Notes under the pieces: generated by a model
Database searches by the model: none
Told to the model about the DNA's origin: nothing
What the model saw: only the letters and a program-made list of their open reading frames with translations
Made by a program: the position numbers and the translations under genes
Shown here: positions 54,330 through 64,000 of the stretch, piece after piece
How positions within the stretch are numbered: position 1 is the first letter of the stretch
Layout: each line of letters opens with the position of its first letter
Source: an uncultured Chloroflexia bacterium
GTDB taxonomy: Bacteria; Chloroflexota; Limnocylindria; Limnocylindrales; CSP1-4
DNA: 64,000 nucleotides
Direction: 5' to 3'
NCBI GenBank assembly: GCA_963806265.1
Contig: CAWDXT010000030.1
Span: 21,407-85,406 of the forward strand

Positions 54330-54956
54330 GTGACATCAGGAGAGCCACGTGCCGCCGAGCGGTACCTCCTGCTGGCGGACATCTCCGGGTACACGGGCTT
54401 CATGGCCGGTGTCGAGCAGGATCATGGCGTGGACTTCAGCGCGGGGATACCCGCCGCCTATGCGGTCCTCGGCGATCTCCTCGGGGCCGTGAGCGAGGGC
54501 CTCCAGCCTGACTTCGAGATCGTCAAGCTCGAGGGCGACGCCGTGTTTGGCGCGGCGCCGGCAACCGCGCTCGACGGGCAGGGAGACCGGGTGCTGGAGG
54601 GCCTTGGCACGATGTACCGGGCGTTCATCGAGAGCCGGACTCGAGCGATCCCGTCAGCCGACCATGTCTGCACGGCATGCCCCGCAGTCGCGCATCTGGA
54701 TCTCAAGATCGTGCTCCATCGCGGTCACGTGGTGCGCCAGGCGGTCGGTACCGGCAGCGATCTCCTGGGCCCGGCCGTGACCGTCGCGCACCTGCTGCTG
54801 AAGAATGGCGTCCACGGCCGGATCGGAGTCCGACCCTACCTGCTCCTGACCGACGCTGCCGCGACCGGACTCAGACTGCCCGGGATCGGCGTGGCGCATG
54901 ACGAAACGTATCCGACGGTTGGTCGGATCGACGGCCGGATCGTCGAGCTCACCTAG
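54330..54956 (+). CDS. DUF2652-family (cyclase-like fold) protein
   Basis: LLADISGYTGF, KLEGDAVF, CTACPAVAHLDLKIVLHRG, VAHLLLKN. Confidence 0.75.
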   Translation: MTSGEPRAAERYLLLADISGYTGFMAGVEQDHGVDFSAGIPAAYAVLGDLLGAVSEGLQPDFEIVKLEGDAVFGAAPATALDGQGDRVLEGLGTMYRAFIESRTRAIPSADHVCTACPAVAHLDLKIVLHRGHVVRQAVGTGSDLLGPAVTVAHLLLKNGVHGRIGVRPYLLLTDAAATGLRLPGIGVAHDETYPTVGRIDGRIVELT

Positions 54957-55035
54957 CTGACCCGGCGGACCGCCCCCGGACGGTGGCGCACGAGGTTCGC
55001 GAGCCGGGATGGGTCGCGCCGGGCCCGGAGCCCCG

Positions 55036-56625
55036 CTAGGACGTCCTTCGTCGAGGGCGCTGCCGCTTGCGTCCACCCGTCGACGCGTTGGGCCACGGCT
55101 GCTGCCCGTGGTGGGTCCGCTGGGCTGCCTGGGTCATCGGCTGATCCGGTCCCCGTGCACCGTCCAGGCGTGCCAGCCGCTCCCCGGGAAGCGCCACGGG
55201 TGGTCGCCGAGCGATCGACCCGCCGCGACCCGTCGCGTCGTGACGGATGGGCTCGGGCCAGTGCCCGCCGCCCGACGCGTTGCCCGGGCGTCGGGATCGC
55301 CCCGACCTCGTGCGATCGCGAGCGGCGACCGAACGGTGTGCCGGCCTGCTCTCGTGGTGGGGGCCGGGCCGGCCATCACCACTGCGGCCCTGTCGGCCGG
55401 GGCCACCGCGGCTCCCTCGCTGCGAGCCCCGCGACGAGGTGCCAGCCAATTCGGCCGGCATGTCGTGCGCTGGCTCGAACCCCGGCACGATCTCGGTATC
55501 GATCGACCGGTTGAGGTGGCGCTCGACGCCGCGGAGCAGCTGCGCCTCCTCGACACAGACGAGGGACACTGACTGACCGCCGACGCCCGCCCGTCCGGTT
55601 CGGCCGATCCGATGGACGTAGTCCTCGGCAACCTGGGGCATCTCGTAGTTGACGACGTGCGGCAAGGCGTCGATGTCGATGCCGCGGGCAGCGATGTCCG
55701 TCGCCACCAGGATCGCCGTCTGCCCGCGCTTGAAATCGGACAGCGCCCGGATGCGCTGGGCCTGGCTCTTGTTGCCATGGATGGCGGCCGCGCTGATCCC
55801 GTCGCGCGCCAGGAGGTCGGCGAGCCTGCTGGCGCCATGCTTGGTCCGGGTGAACACCAGCGCCTGCTCGATCCGTCCGGATTGGACCAGGTGCGCGAGC
55901 AGAGCCCGCTTCCGCGCCCGGTCGACGTGAATCGCCACCTGCTCGACGAGCTCGGCGGCCGTGCCCCTTGGGGCCACGTCCACGAACGCGGGCTGGTCTA
56001 GGAAGTCCCCTGCGAGCGCCCGGATCTCATCCGAGAACGTGGCCGAGAACATGAGGTTCTGGCGGCGCGACGGCAGCAGGTCGATGATCCGCCGGATGTC
56101 GCGGACGAAACCCATGTCGAGCATCCGGTCGGCCTCGTCGAGCACGAGGATCTCAACCTTCGACAGGTCGATCGTGTGCTGCGACGCGTGATCCAGCAGC
56201 CGTCCGGGTGTCGCGACCACGATCTCCGCCCCGTTCCGGAGCGCGCGCGCCTGCGGCCCGAAGCCGACGCCGCCGTAGATGGCCACCGAGCGGATCGGGC
56301 GCCGGGCTCCGTAGGTCCGAACGCTGGCCTCGACCTGGAGCGCGAGCTCGCGGGTCGGGGCGAGCACCAGCGCACGCACCGGACGCCGCTGACGTTGTCC
56401 GCGCTCATCGCGTTGCGCGCCCTGGGTCGTGGCGTGCAGCTGCTGCAGCAGGGGGAGCACGAAGGCGGCGGTCTTGCCGGTGCCCGTCTGGGCGGTGGCA
56501 AGGAGGTCGCGGCCGGTGAGCACGATCGGGATCGCCTCACGCTGGATGGGAGTGGGCTGCGTGTAGCCCTCGTCCGCGACAGCGCGGACCAGCTCGGGCG
56601 TGAGCCCGAGAACATCAAATGACAC
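55036..56625 (-). CDS. rhlE: DEAD-box RNA helicase (RhlE-like)
   Basis: Q-motif PTPIQ, AQTGTGKT, PTRELA, TPGRLLD, DEAD, SAT, HGNKSQ, ARGIDI, HRIGRTGR; basic C-terminal tail. Confidence 0.9.
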   Translation of the reverse strand: MSFDVLGLTPELVRAVADEGYTQPTPIQREAIPIVLTGRDLLATAQTGTGKTAAFVLPLLQQLHATTQGAQRDERGQRQRRPVRALVLAPTRELALQVEASVRTYGARRPIRSVAIYGGVGFGPQARALRNGAEIVVATPGRLLDHASQHTIDLSKVEILVLDEADRMLDMGFVRDIRRIIDLLPSRRQNLMFSATFSDEIRALAGDFLDQPAFVDVAPRGTAAELVEQVAIHVDRARKRALLAHLVQSGRIEQALVFTRTKHGASRLADLLARDGISAAAIHGNKSQAQRIRALSDFKRGQTAILVATDIAARGIDIDALPHVVNYEMPQVAEDYVHRIGRTGRAGVGGQSVSLVCVEEAQLLRGVERHLNRSIDTEIVPGFEPAHDMPAELAGTSSRGSQRGSRGGPGRQGRSGDGRPGPHHESRPAHRSVAARDRTRSGRSRRPGNASGGGHWPEPIRHDATGRGGSIARRPPVALPGERLARLDGARGPDQPMTQAAQRTHHGQQPWPNASTGGRKRQRPRRRTS

Positions 56626-56791
56626 GGAGGATGGCTCCTGAGGGCCCTCCCGCCTCCAGGCGGGGCCCGGTCAGGGCGCTGGGTTGTTCGAGGTCGGACG
56701 GCGAGAGCCGTGGGCGTGGACCGGAACACCCATCGAGCACGAAGGCCGGGAGTATACCGGTCCGGAGCGTTCGATGCGCAGATGGCCGGTT

Positions 56792-56854
56792 GGCCCGGCA
56801 CGGACGCCGTCCGGCCCGGCACGGACGCCGTCCGGCCCGGCACGGACGCCGTCC
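56792..56854. repeat. Perfect 21-bp tandem repeat x3 (VNTR-like)
   Basis: ggcccggcacggacgccgtcc x3, just downstream of the ferritin-like gene stop. Confidence 0.85.
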
Positions 56855-56856
56855 GG

Positions 56857-58199
56857 CTACCTCGCGTCCCGGAGCTGGTCCGCGTAGCGCTCGAGCGCCC
56901 TGGCCACCTTCGCCAGCGGCTCCATCAGCGCCGGGGTGCAGAGCTGGCCGCAGCGGCTGGGCGAAGGCCGCCGCATCCCGCAGCCGCTCCTCCATCAGGA
57001 CCCAGGCGGCCTCGCGGTGAGGCAGGAGGTAGTCCACCGCGTAGAACAGCTCGAACCCGGGACCTGCGCTGACTCCCGGCAGCTCCGACCCGACCGGCAG
57101 CGTGGTGACGACGTTGCCCAGCGGCCTGATCGCCGAGTACATGAGCCCCACCGACACGTTGGCCAGCACCTCGAGCTGCTCCGGGCGTCTCGTCCGTGGG
57201 GGCGAAGTAGCGCGACAGCAGCTGGAGCAGGACCTCGTAGCTCACGTTGAGCAGGTCCATGGCGCGGGTCGTTCCCGGATCCGTGATCAGGGGCACCAGG
57301 ACGCCCGTGGACTGCGGCCGGACGTTGGCCATGACCACCGGTCGCGCCGGCTCGAACGACGGATCGGCCTGCTTGAGCGCGAGGTATTCGTCCAGGATGC
57401 CCAGCAGGCGGCCGAAGTGCGCATCGCGCCAATCCCCGCGGGCGCCCTCGCCCTGCTCGACGATGGTGTCGATGGCCTGCTCGCGCCGACGCGAGGTCGG
57501 TGACCGCGACGAGCTCGGCCATCGGAAGTGCTCCTCGGTCGCCTGGGCGCTCGGCGGGCCGACGAACAGCCGCTCCGTGCCCGAGCCGCTCGTGGAGGTG
57601 CTCGAGGCCGGCGGCGATCGAGCGGTAGAGCTGGCCGATCGTGTCGAACTCCTGGAGCTGGGGCACGATCTCGTCGCCGTCGTCATGGGGCAGGGCGCAC
57701 GGCCTGCTCGATCGCCTCGAACCCCTCGCGCATCGTCGACGGCCATCCCGTCCGGCCGCTCGAGGAACGCGAAATGGCGCAATGCCGCCTCGCCGAACGG
57801 GACGAGCTCGATCCGGACGCCGGCCGGATACGCGTATGCGGGCATCGGGAAGTTGGGTCGGGCGAGCCGGGGAGCGGCGCCCACCGCCGTGAGCAGGTTC
57901 TGGACCAGCGCCAGGTGGAGCATCTCCTGCGCGCCGATCTCGAGCAGCGTCTTGCGCCAGCGCTGACCGCCGCCAGCGTCTCGGGCGTCAGCCCCTCCTC
58001 GACCTTCTGCTTGAGCGAGAACGCCGCGAACAGGTACTGGAGCATGACGAGGTGCTCGAGCTCGGCCGCCTTGCCCGAGCGTGTAGATCAGCGCCTCGCG
58101 GTGCTCGAGCCCGCCGGTGTGGGCGTCATCGGGGCCGCGACGGATCTCGAGCACGGTGGCCAACGGGCCGTGCGGGCCGGGGGTGATGGTTTCGGTCAT
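56857..58199 (-). CDS. Ferritin-like-domain protein (standalone VioB/RebD-type 'Ferritin-like' family); several indels
   Basis: AAELEHLVMLQYLFAAFSLK, QEMLHLALVQNLLTAVG, TIGQLYRSI, IDTIVEQGEG, AHFGRL, AGPGFEL. Confidence 0.7.
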
Positions 58200-58257
58200 C
58201 GGGACGCCTCTCTGGGTCGAAATGGAGCGTTGGCGGGGATTGCCCGGTCGGTGATGC

Positions 58258-58555
58258 TCAGCCCGCGGGACCGGCGTCCGGGACGGCGCCCATCGGGTGC
58301 TCATAGAGCTGGAGGTCCGCGTAGCACCACCACCAGTCCTCGCCGGCCTCGACCGACCGGATCATCGGGTGCCCCGTCTCGCGAAAGTGGGTCGTCGCGT
58401 GACGGTTGGGGCTCAGGTCGCAGCAGCCGACCTCGCCGCAGTGTCAGGCATTGACGGAGATGCACCCAGGTCCCGCCGATCTCGTTGCACTCCGCACACA
58501 CGGGGGTCGCGGGGCCAACCGGCAGCTGCGGTTGGTAGTGCTCACAGAACGTCAT
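58258..58555 (-). CDS. Small UBP-type zinc-finger protein; indel near 58445
   Basis: CEH...CAEC...WVHLRQCLT(C)GEVGCCDLSPNRHATTHF...HPMIRS...EDWWWCY. Confidence 0.8.
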
Positions 58556-58745
58556 GAGGCCGTGCCTCTCCGTGTGCCCGGGCAACGGGCGGAACTCCCC
58601 GGTCGCCGCTCCCCGGCAGGCGGACACTAGCACCGAACCTCGGCGCGCGGGTGCCGTCTCGGCCGGACGCGCCGATGTCAGTCGTCACGTTTCACACTGC
58701 GGGTCGTGCAGGGCACGAGGTCACAGATCAACCACGGAGGCCGAC

Positions 58746-59196
58746 ATGGATCCCCAGCACATGCGACCGATCTTCGTGCCCGCGGGTACCGGCATCGTTC
58801 TGTCCGACCTCGCGGTGACACACCGATTGACGGGCGACCAGACCGGCGGGTCGTGCTACCTGTTCGAAATCGACCTTTGAGCCAGGTGATGGCAACCGCC
58901 TGCACGTCCATCGCGACGAGGACGAGATCGGGTACGTGCTCGAGGGCGCCCTCGAGATCCAGGTCGAGGGTACGGCGCGGGTGCTGGAGACGGGTGGCCT
59001 GGCCCGGCTGCCGAAGCGCATTCCCCACCGGATCCGGAACCCGTCGAGCCAGCCGTCGCGGTACCTGTTCATCGCGGTGCCGGCTGGGCTCGATCGCTGG
59101 TTCGACGCGGTCGCGCAGGCGACGCGGGACGGCACGCTGGACGATGCGCGGTCCCGGGAGCTCGCGCAGGAGTTCGGCGTGGAGTGGCTCGAATAG
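58746..59196 (+). CDS. Cupin-domain protein; indel near 58880
   Basis: LTGDQTGG, LHVHRDEDEIGYVLEGALEI, PKRIPHRIRN. Confidence 0.8.
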
Positions 59197-59314
59197 CCGT
59201 CGCGAGATCGGGGGTTGGGTCCGGGTCGCCTCGTTGCTACGCTGCGCTGGCGCGACAGGCGTCGACGTACGCCGCCGCGCTCGAGCGCGGCGGCCGAGCG
59301 ATGAAGGAGGCGAG

Positions 59315-59719
59315 ATGAGTGGCATGGGCACCAGGGATGACCCCTGGCGGCTGACGACACCGCCCGGCAGCTCGAGCTACGAGATGTGGCGTGACGAGGC
59401 GGCGGACCCGCCGGCGCTCGTGTGCCAGGTTGGCTCGACGCAGCTCCGGTACCAGCTCCGGATCATCGACGATCTTGCCGCCTGGCTCCGCGAGCAGGGC
59501 GACTGGGTCCCGCTCGGCGGCGCCGATGAGCAGAAGGAGGCGGCGTCGGGCACCGTCGAGGCGTGGGGCCGCGCCGCCGACAACCCGGTCGGCGGCTGGT
59601 ATGGCCTGCGGAAGGGGTATCGCGGCCGCGTAGGGGTCTACCTGCCGCCCCTGCTGGAGGCGCTGGGGCTCGCAGAGCTCACGCACGAGGCGCGGAACAA
59701 CCGCATGCGGGCGCTCTGA
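59315..59719 (+). CDS. Conserved hypothetical protein (resembles DUF6855)
   Basis: DDPWRLTTPPG...CQVGSTQLRY...WVPLGGADEQK...NPVGGWYGLRKGYRGR...NNRMRA; family name from recall, not verified. Confidence 0.6.
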   Translation: MSGMGTRDDPWRLTTPPGSSSYEMWRDEAADPPALVCQVGSTQLRYQLRIIDDLAAWLREQGDWVPLGGADEQKEAASGTVEAWGRAADNPVGGWYGLRKGYRGRVGVYLPPLLEALGLAELTHEARNNRMRAL

Positions 59720-59918
59720 GGCGGCATTCGGGGACGATGGAGGTCGTCGCGGCGAGCGGCTTCTCGCCACCCGGCGACCCCGGTGACATGGTGTCCTCGA
59801 GCGCGTTGCCGGGTGCGAACAGGGCTCGAGATCCGCGCGTGCCCGGCTACACTCACGCCGTTGACCCGCCCGACGGTCGTCGCGGCGACCAGTCACGCCA
59901 CCTGGGAGGACCGAGAGC

Positions 59919-60162
59919 ATCGATTCGCTCACTGATGGCCGCCATCATCGGAGGCGTGGCCACCTTTGTCTTTTTGCTGATCTGGGACGTGACCGACTTC
60001 ACCTCCCCGATGACGGCCTACGTCCTGGCGGGGGTCGTCAGCGCGGTGGGCACGTTGCTGTGGCCGGCCGTCCTTGGTGTTTGGGCGTGGAACCGCGCCA
60101 AGAGCCGTCGCGACGATCGGATCCAGGAGGAGGTCAACCGGCAGCTCTCGCAGAAGGGTTGA
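59919..60162 (+). CDS. Small 2-TM hypothetical membrane protein (start codon probably damaged by an inserted base)
   Basis: GGAGG at about 59905, then agcATcG-ATT-CGC-TCA-CTG-ATG; two hydrophobic segments and a charged tail. Confidence 0.5.
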
Positions 60163-60172
60163 CGGCAGCGCG

Positions 60173-60683
60173 TCAGCCTGACCGGGGGAACGACATCCGG
60201 TCCAGCTCGCGGCCGATCCGGTAGCCATAGTCGACGATCTTCTGCCAGTCGCGGAAGTCGCCGAACCGGTGGGTCTGCCAGCACCTGCGGCGCGACGTCT
60301 GCGTCCGGCAGGAGGCGGCCGCCAAAGGTTCGATGGGATCTTGCGCCGAGGCCGGCGGTCAGCTGCGCACCGTCGGGCGTGATCGGCTGATCCTCGCCTG
60401 CGAGGCGGCGGTCGAGCGGCCCGCCGCTGAACAGCCACAGGGGGCGAGCCTTGAGCTGGTCGCGGAAACGTTCGACGAACCGGCGGGCATCCCGTTGCCA
60501 GTACGCGGAGTACAGCGCGCTGCCCAGCACGACCGCGTCCCAGCCCTCGAGGCTCATGACATCCCTGGCGGGCTTCGCGGCCGCGTCGTAGCCACTGTCG
60601 CGCAGCGTCTGGGCGATCGCCTCCGCGATCTCGGCGGTCGAGCCCAGCTTGCTTGCGTAGGCGACCAGGACACGAGCAGGCAC
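60173..60683 (-). CDS. Second HemG-like flavodoxin-domain protein; indel near 60280
   Basis: VLVAYASKLGSTAEIAEAIA, VVLGSALY, LWLFSGGPL, FGDFRDWQKI in the shifted frame. Confidence 0.75.
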
Positions 60684-60757
60684 GGGTCCCTCGTCTGCTG
60701 TGCAGCGCCGATCGCGACGTTGCGGTCAGCACATCTTGCGACGTCTTGCTGATGGGC

Positions 60758-61885
60758 TCAAGCACGACCCGCGCGAGCGGGCGGGTCGGATGGCCGCCCC
60801 ATCGCGGCCGGTTCGCTGCCATGGAGCCGCTCGGCGAGCGTTTCCGGCGTCTGTCCTGCCGCCGGTTCCACGACCCCGAGCTCCGTGACGATGGCGCTGA
60901 TCAGCCGCGCCGGCGTGACGTCGAATGCAGGGTTGCGCGCCCGGACCCCGGCCGGCGCGACCCGGACGCCGCCCCATGCCAGGACCTCCTCGTCATCGCG
61001 CATCTCGACCTCGATGGCGTCCCCGTTGGCCGTCTCGAGGTCGACCGTGGACCAGGGCGCGACGACCAGGAACGGGATGCCGGCCTCGCGGCAGGCAAGC
61101 GCGACGCCGACGCTGCCGACCTTGTTGGCGGTGTCGCCATTGGCGGCAACCCGGTCCGCGCCGATCAAGGCCACGTCCACCTCGCCGCCCAGGATCGCTG
61201 AGGCGGCGGCGCCGTCCGCCTGGACGACGTGGGGGATGCCATCGTGGGCCAGCTCCATGAGGTCAGTCGCGCACCCTGCAGGAGCGGTCGGGTCTCGTCC
61301 ACGTAGACGAGCGCGATGCGGGCCCGACGGTGGAGCTCGCGGATCACGCCGCAGGCGCGTGCCCCACTCGGTCGTGGCGAGCGCGCCCGTGTTGCAGTGG
61401 TGACTTGGCGCGGACGCCACCATCGCTCGCCGCCGGGAAATGCGCCAGGATCCAGTCGGCTCCCAGCCCGGCCATCGCGTGGTTCGCCGCCGCGTCCTCC
61501 GCGCACACGGCGAGGGCCTCGGCCAGGACCGCGGCACGCCCGTCCGGGATCGCGCGGCTGCGCCCGGTCCACGCCCCAGCCGAGGTTGACGGCGGCGGGG
61601 CGGGCACCGCGGATGCGCCCGATCTGCGGTCCGCAGCTCGGCGTCGCTCCAGCCGCGTCTGGCCCCTTCGTCCATCGCGACGACGACACCCAGCGCCCCG
61701 ACGGCGCCGAGCTGGGGCGCGCCGCGAACCATGAGGCGGCCGATGGCGTCCACCACGCCGTCGACGTCCCCGAGCGTGCGGTACACCAGCTCGCCCGGCA
61801 GGCACGTCTGATCGATGACGCGGATCGCATCGCCGGTCCACTCGATGGGGCGGAGCTCCGGCGAGCCCGTCCGGTCAGCCGCCAT
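60758..61885 (-). CDS. mtnA: Methylthioribose-1-phosphate isomerase; several indels
   Basis: IDQTCLP, VRGAPQLG, HCNTGALAT, DETRPLLQGARLT, GADRVAANGDTANKVG, RNPAFDVTP. Confidence 0.9.
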   Translation of the reverse strand: MAADRTGSPELRPIEWTGDAIRVIDQTCLPGELVYRTLGDVDGVVDAIGRLMVRGAPQLGAVGALGVVVAMDEGARRGWSDAELRTADRAHPRCPPRRRQPRLGRGPGAAARSRTGVPRSWPRPSPCARRTRRRTTRWPGWEPTGSWRISRRRAMVASAPSHHCNTGALATTEWGTRLRRDPRAPPSGPHRARLRGRDPTAPAGCATDLMELAHDGIPHVVQADGAAASAILGGEVDVALIGADRVAANGDTANKVGSVGVALACREAGIPFLVVAPWSTVDLETANGDAIEVEMRDDEEVLAWGGVRVAPAGVRARNPAFDVTPARLISAIVTELGVVEPAAGQTPETLAERLHGSEPAAMGRPSDPPARAGRA

Positions 61886-62574
61886 GGGTCGGGCCGCCCT
61901 CGTCGGTCGTCCACGCCGGAGCCCACTGCTCGCGCCGGATCCGCCGGACGTCATCGGCGGGGATCTCCGGCACCGGTCCGAACGCGCGGGCGCGCAGGTA
62001 CGCGTCGGCCACGCCCTCGACCGTGCTGGCCGCGTTATAGGCGTGCTCCACGGACGGCCCGATTGCGAGGACGCCGTGGTTGCGCAGCAGGCATGCGCTC
62101 CGATCCCGCAGGGCCGGTGCCGTGAGGGTGGCGACCTCCGGCCGTGCCGCCTCGCGCGTATGGCGCGGTCTCGATCCCGCCACCACACGCCGCGACGAGC
62201 CCATGGAGGATCGGGGGCAGGTCCCAGCCCATCGCCGCGACGGCCATCGCGGCACGGCTGTGGGTATGGACGATCCCCCACACGTCGGGGCGGGCCGCAT
62301 ACGCGAGCGTGTGGAGCGGAAGCTCGGACGTCGGTCGCCTGTCGCCCGCCACGACGGATCCATCCAGCCCGACGAGAACGATGTCCTCGGTGCGCATCGT
62401 GTCGTACGCGAGGCTGGCCGGGGTCACGGCCACGAGGTCAGGCTCGGACCTGATGCGGGCGCTGATGTTGCCGGCGGTGTAGCTCACGAGGTGCTCGGCC
62501 ACCAGCCGGCGCGCGAACAGGAGCACGAGCTCCCGCGCCTCGTCGCGCGTTGCGGCTCCCGCGGATCTGGACAC
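61875..62574 (-). CDS. Class II aldolase/adducin family (FucA/Ald2-like); indel near 62140
   Basis: TAGNISAR, PTSELPLH, HTHS, LLRNHG; overlaps the mtnA start. Confidence 0.85.
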
Positions 62575-62759
62575 ACGCACCCCGCTCCATGCCGGCCGCT
62601 GTCGTGGGCCGATGCAGGGGGCGATTTTGCCATCACCGAGCCGCGGCGGGCATCTCCGGGCCCGAGCACCGAGCAGGCAGTGGCCCGCGCGCCCCGGTCG
62701 GGACGAGCGGGCCAGGACCGTCGGCCGTGCGCTCCTGGGCGCACCGCCAGGTGTGAACC

Positions 62760-63248
62760 TCAGGGGAGGTCGATGCTGCCGTGCAGGACGGAGACCTGCT
62801 CGTTTCCGGCCGAGCGGTTGACGTCGCTGCCCGCGCCGGTCGCACCGGCGAAGACGCCGGTCGCACCCGCGATCGTGTAGGTCTTTGCCACCGTGTACGG
62901 ACTGCCCCTGTCGCTGGCCGCACTGCTGCGCGGGCACAGCGTGCCATTCTCGGCGAGGGTCAGCGAGCCTGAGCCATTGGCGAGGGTGATCTGGCGTACG
63001 GCGTGGATCTCCAGGCAGTCGCTGTCGGGGATCGGGGCGGGCGGGGCGGTCAGCCAGGCGATGGAGCTGGCGCGACCGAAGCCGGCAACCGTGCCGTTGC
63101 CGCAGAAGACGAGCGTCGGCGGGCTCGTCGGACATTGGCTGTAGATGTTCACGAAGCTGGCCGTGAAGGTTGGCGTGGCGGCGGCCACGTTGGCGGCAGA
63201 GAACCCTGCCAACAGCATCACCGCGAGCGGGAGCGCGAACCTGCGCAT
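62760..63248 (-). CDS. Secreted hypothetical beta-protein, dirigent/AOC-like motif
   Basis: Signal peptide MRRFALPLAVMLLAGFSAANVAA; four Cys; YTIAGATGVFAGATG; AAGGAG RBS. Confidence 0.6.
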   Translation of the reverse strand: MRRFALPLAVMLLAGFSAANVAAATPTFTASFVNIYSQCPTSPPTLVFCGNGTVAGFGRASSIAWLTAPPAPIPDSDCLEIHAVRQITLANGSGSLTLAENGTLCPRSSAASDRGSPYTVAKTYTIAGATGVFAGATGAGSDVNRSAGNEQVSVLHGSIDLP

Positions 63249-63528
63249 GAAGGCGATCTCCTTTCGGACGTTGAGACGGTCGTCCGCTGGGCGTTGTCCG
63301 GGTCGGCTCAGGTCAGTTGATGCGGGTCGCGCTTGGCGCGCGTTGCCGCCGACTGCCATCACCGTCTGGTGCTCGTCCAGCTCGACGCCACTGTCGACGC
63401 TGGGGCTTGGACGGCGCGTCGAGGAAACCCCTACAACTCGAGCCCAGCCGGGCGTGTGGACGCCTCGGACGAGCGGGAGCGATCCGCGCGTGTGGGACCG
63501 CGTCGGGCGTCTGGGATATCGTCCGCGC

Positions 63529-64000
63529 GTGGGCCGCTCGTCCTTCATGGAGCTCGTTGGCCGGGATGCCGAGGTCGCGTCGGTCGCGGCCTGGGCCGAT
63601 CAGCTCGTCGACGGTCCGTCGGGACTGGTGCTCGAGGGTGAGGCGGGGATCGGAAAGACAAGCCTGCTGCGCCTCGCCATGGACGTCGCCGCCGAGCGTG
63701 GCGCGACGGTCCTCGTGGCCAGGCCCGTGGAGGCGGAGCTGGCGCTCGGCTATTCGGGTCTGGGCGATCTGCTGCAGGGGGTTGCCGAGCAACGGATCCA
63801 TGACCTCCCCGGGCCCCAGGAAGGCGCCCTGCTGGCGGCCCTCTCGCTGGCCTCTGCCTCCGGCTCCGGCGATCCGCTCCTGGTCGCCCGCGCGACGCTC
63901 TCGCTCCTTCGTCTCCTTGCCGCCGAGACCGCCGTGGCCGTGGTCGTGGACGACGCCCAATGGCTGGACGCGCCAACCACGCGGGCGCTCAGCTTCGTTG
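63529..64000 (+). CDS. N-terminal part of an AAA_16 STAND ATPase (probably LuxR-type); runs off right edge, absent from the ORF track
   Basis: ELVGRDAEV, LEGEAGIGKTSLL, RPVEAE, VVVDDAQWLDAPT; GTG 63529 in frame with ATG 63547. Confidence 0.8.
   Translation, partial: MGRSSFMELVGRDAEVASVAAWADQLVDGPSGLVLEGEAGIGKTSLLRLAMDVAAERGATVLVARPVEAELALGYSGLGDLLQGVAEQRIHDLPGPQEGALLAALSLASASGSGDPLLVARATLSLLRLLAAETAVAVVVDDAQWLDAPTTRALSFV

Overview
A 64-kb, very GC-rich bacterial chromosomal segment. Gene style is consistent with a high-GC monoderm such as Chloroflexota (Ca. Limnocylindria-like) or Actinomycetota; this is inference only. I saw no rRNA, tRNA, CRISPR array, transposase or prophage. Many genes are broken by single-base indels, mostly at 0.3-7.2, 17-18.5, 25.4-44 and 57-62 kb. 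These most likely reflect long-read assembly error, so I give such genes as reconstructed spans with approximate limits. Main content: (1) pyrimidine-reduction genes (dihydropyrimidinase end, short PreA); (2) a minus-strand operon with a small membrane protein, a Cys-rich pseudo-receiver NarL regulator, a hexaheme cytochrome c, a Tat-exported 4x[4Fe-4S] NrfC-like protein, an NrfD-like membrane protein and a pentaheme cytochrome c, but no catalytic subunit; (3) MarR, ClC, HemG-like flavodoxin and transporters; (4) a Psp/Lia-like envelope-stress cluster with a two-component system; (5) a ~16-kb LacI-associated catabolic cluster of unknown substrate (GMC oxidoreductase, ALDH, NMT1/THI5-type ABC transporter, DapA-like aldolase, SDR, CoA-transferase, crotonase, LLM oxidoreductase, shikimate-DH-like, FAH, creatininase, 2-hydroxyacid DH); (6) STAND-type cyclases and LuxR regulators, a degenerate ARH-phosphatase fusion and DUF2652; (7) RhlE, a ferritin-like protein, and an mtnA plus class II aldolase pair resembling the DHAP shunt. 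The best candidates for an undescribed system are the multiheme/NrfCD electron conduit with its atypical regulator and the catabolic cluster.
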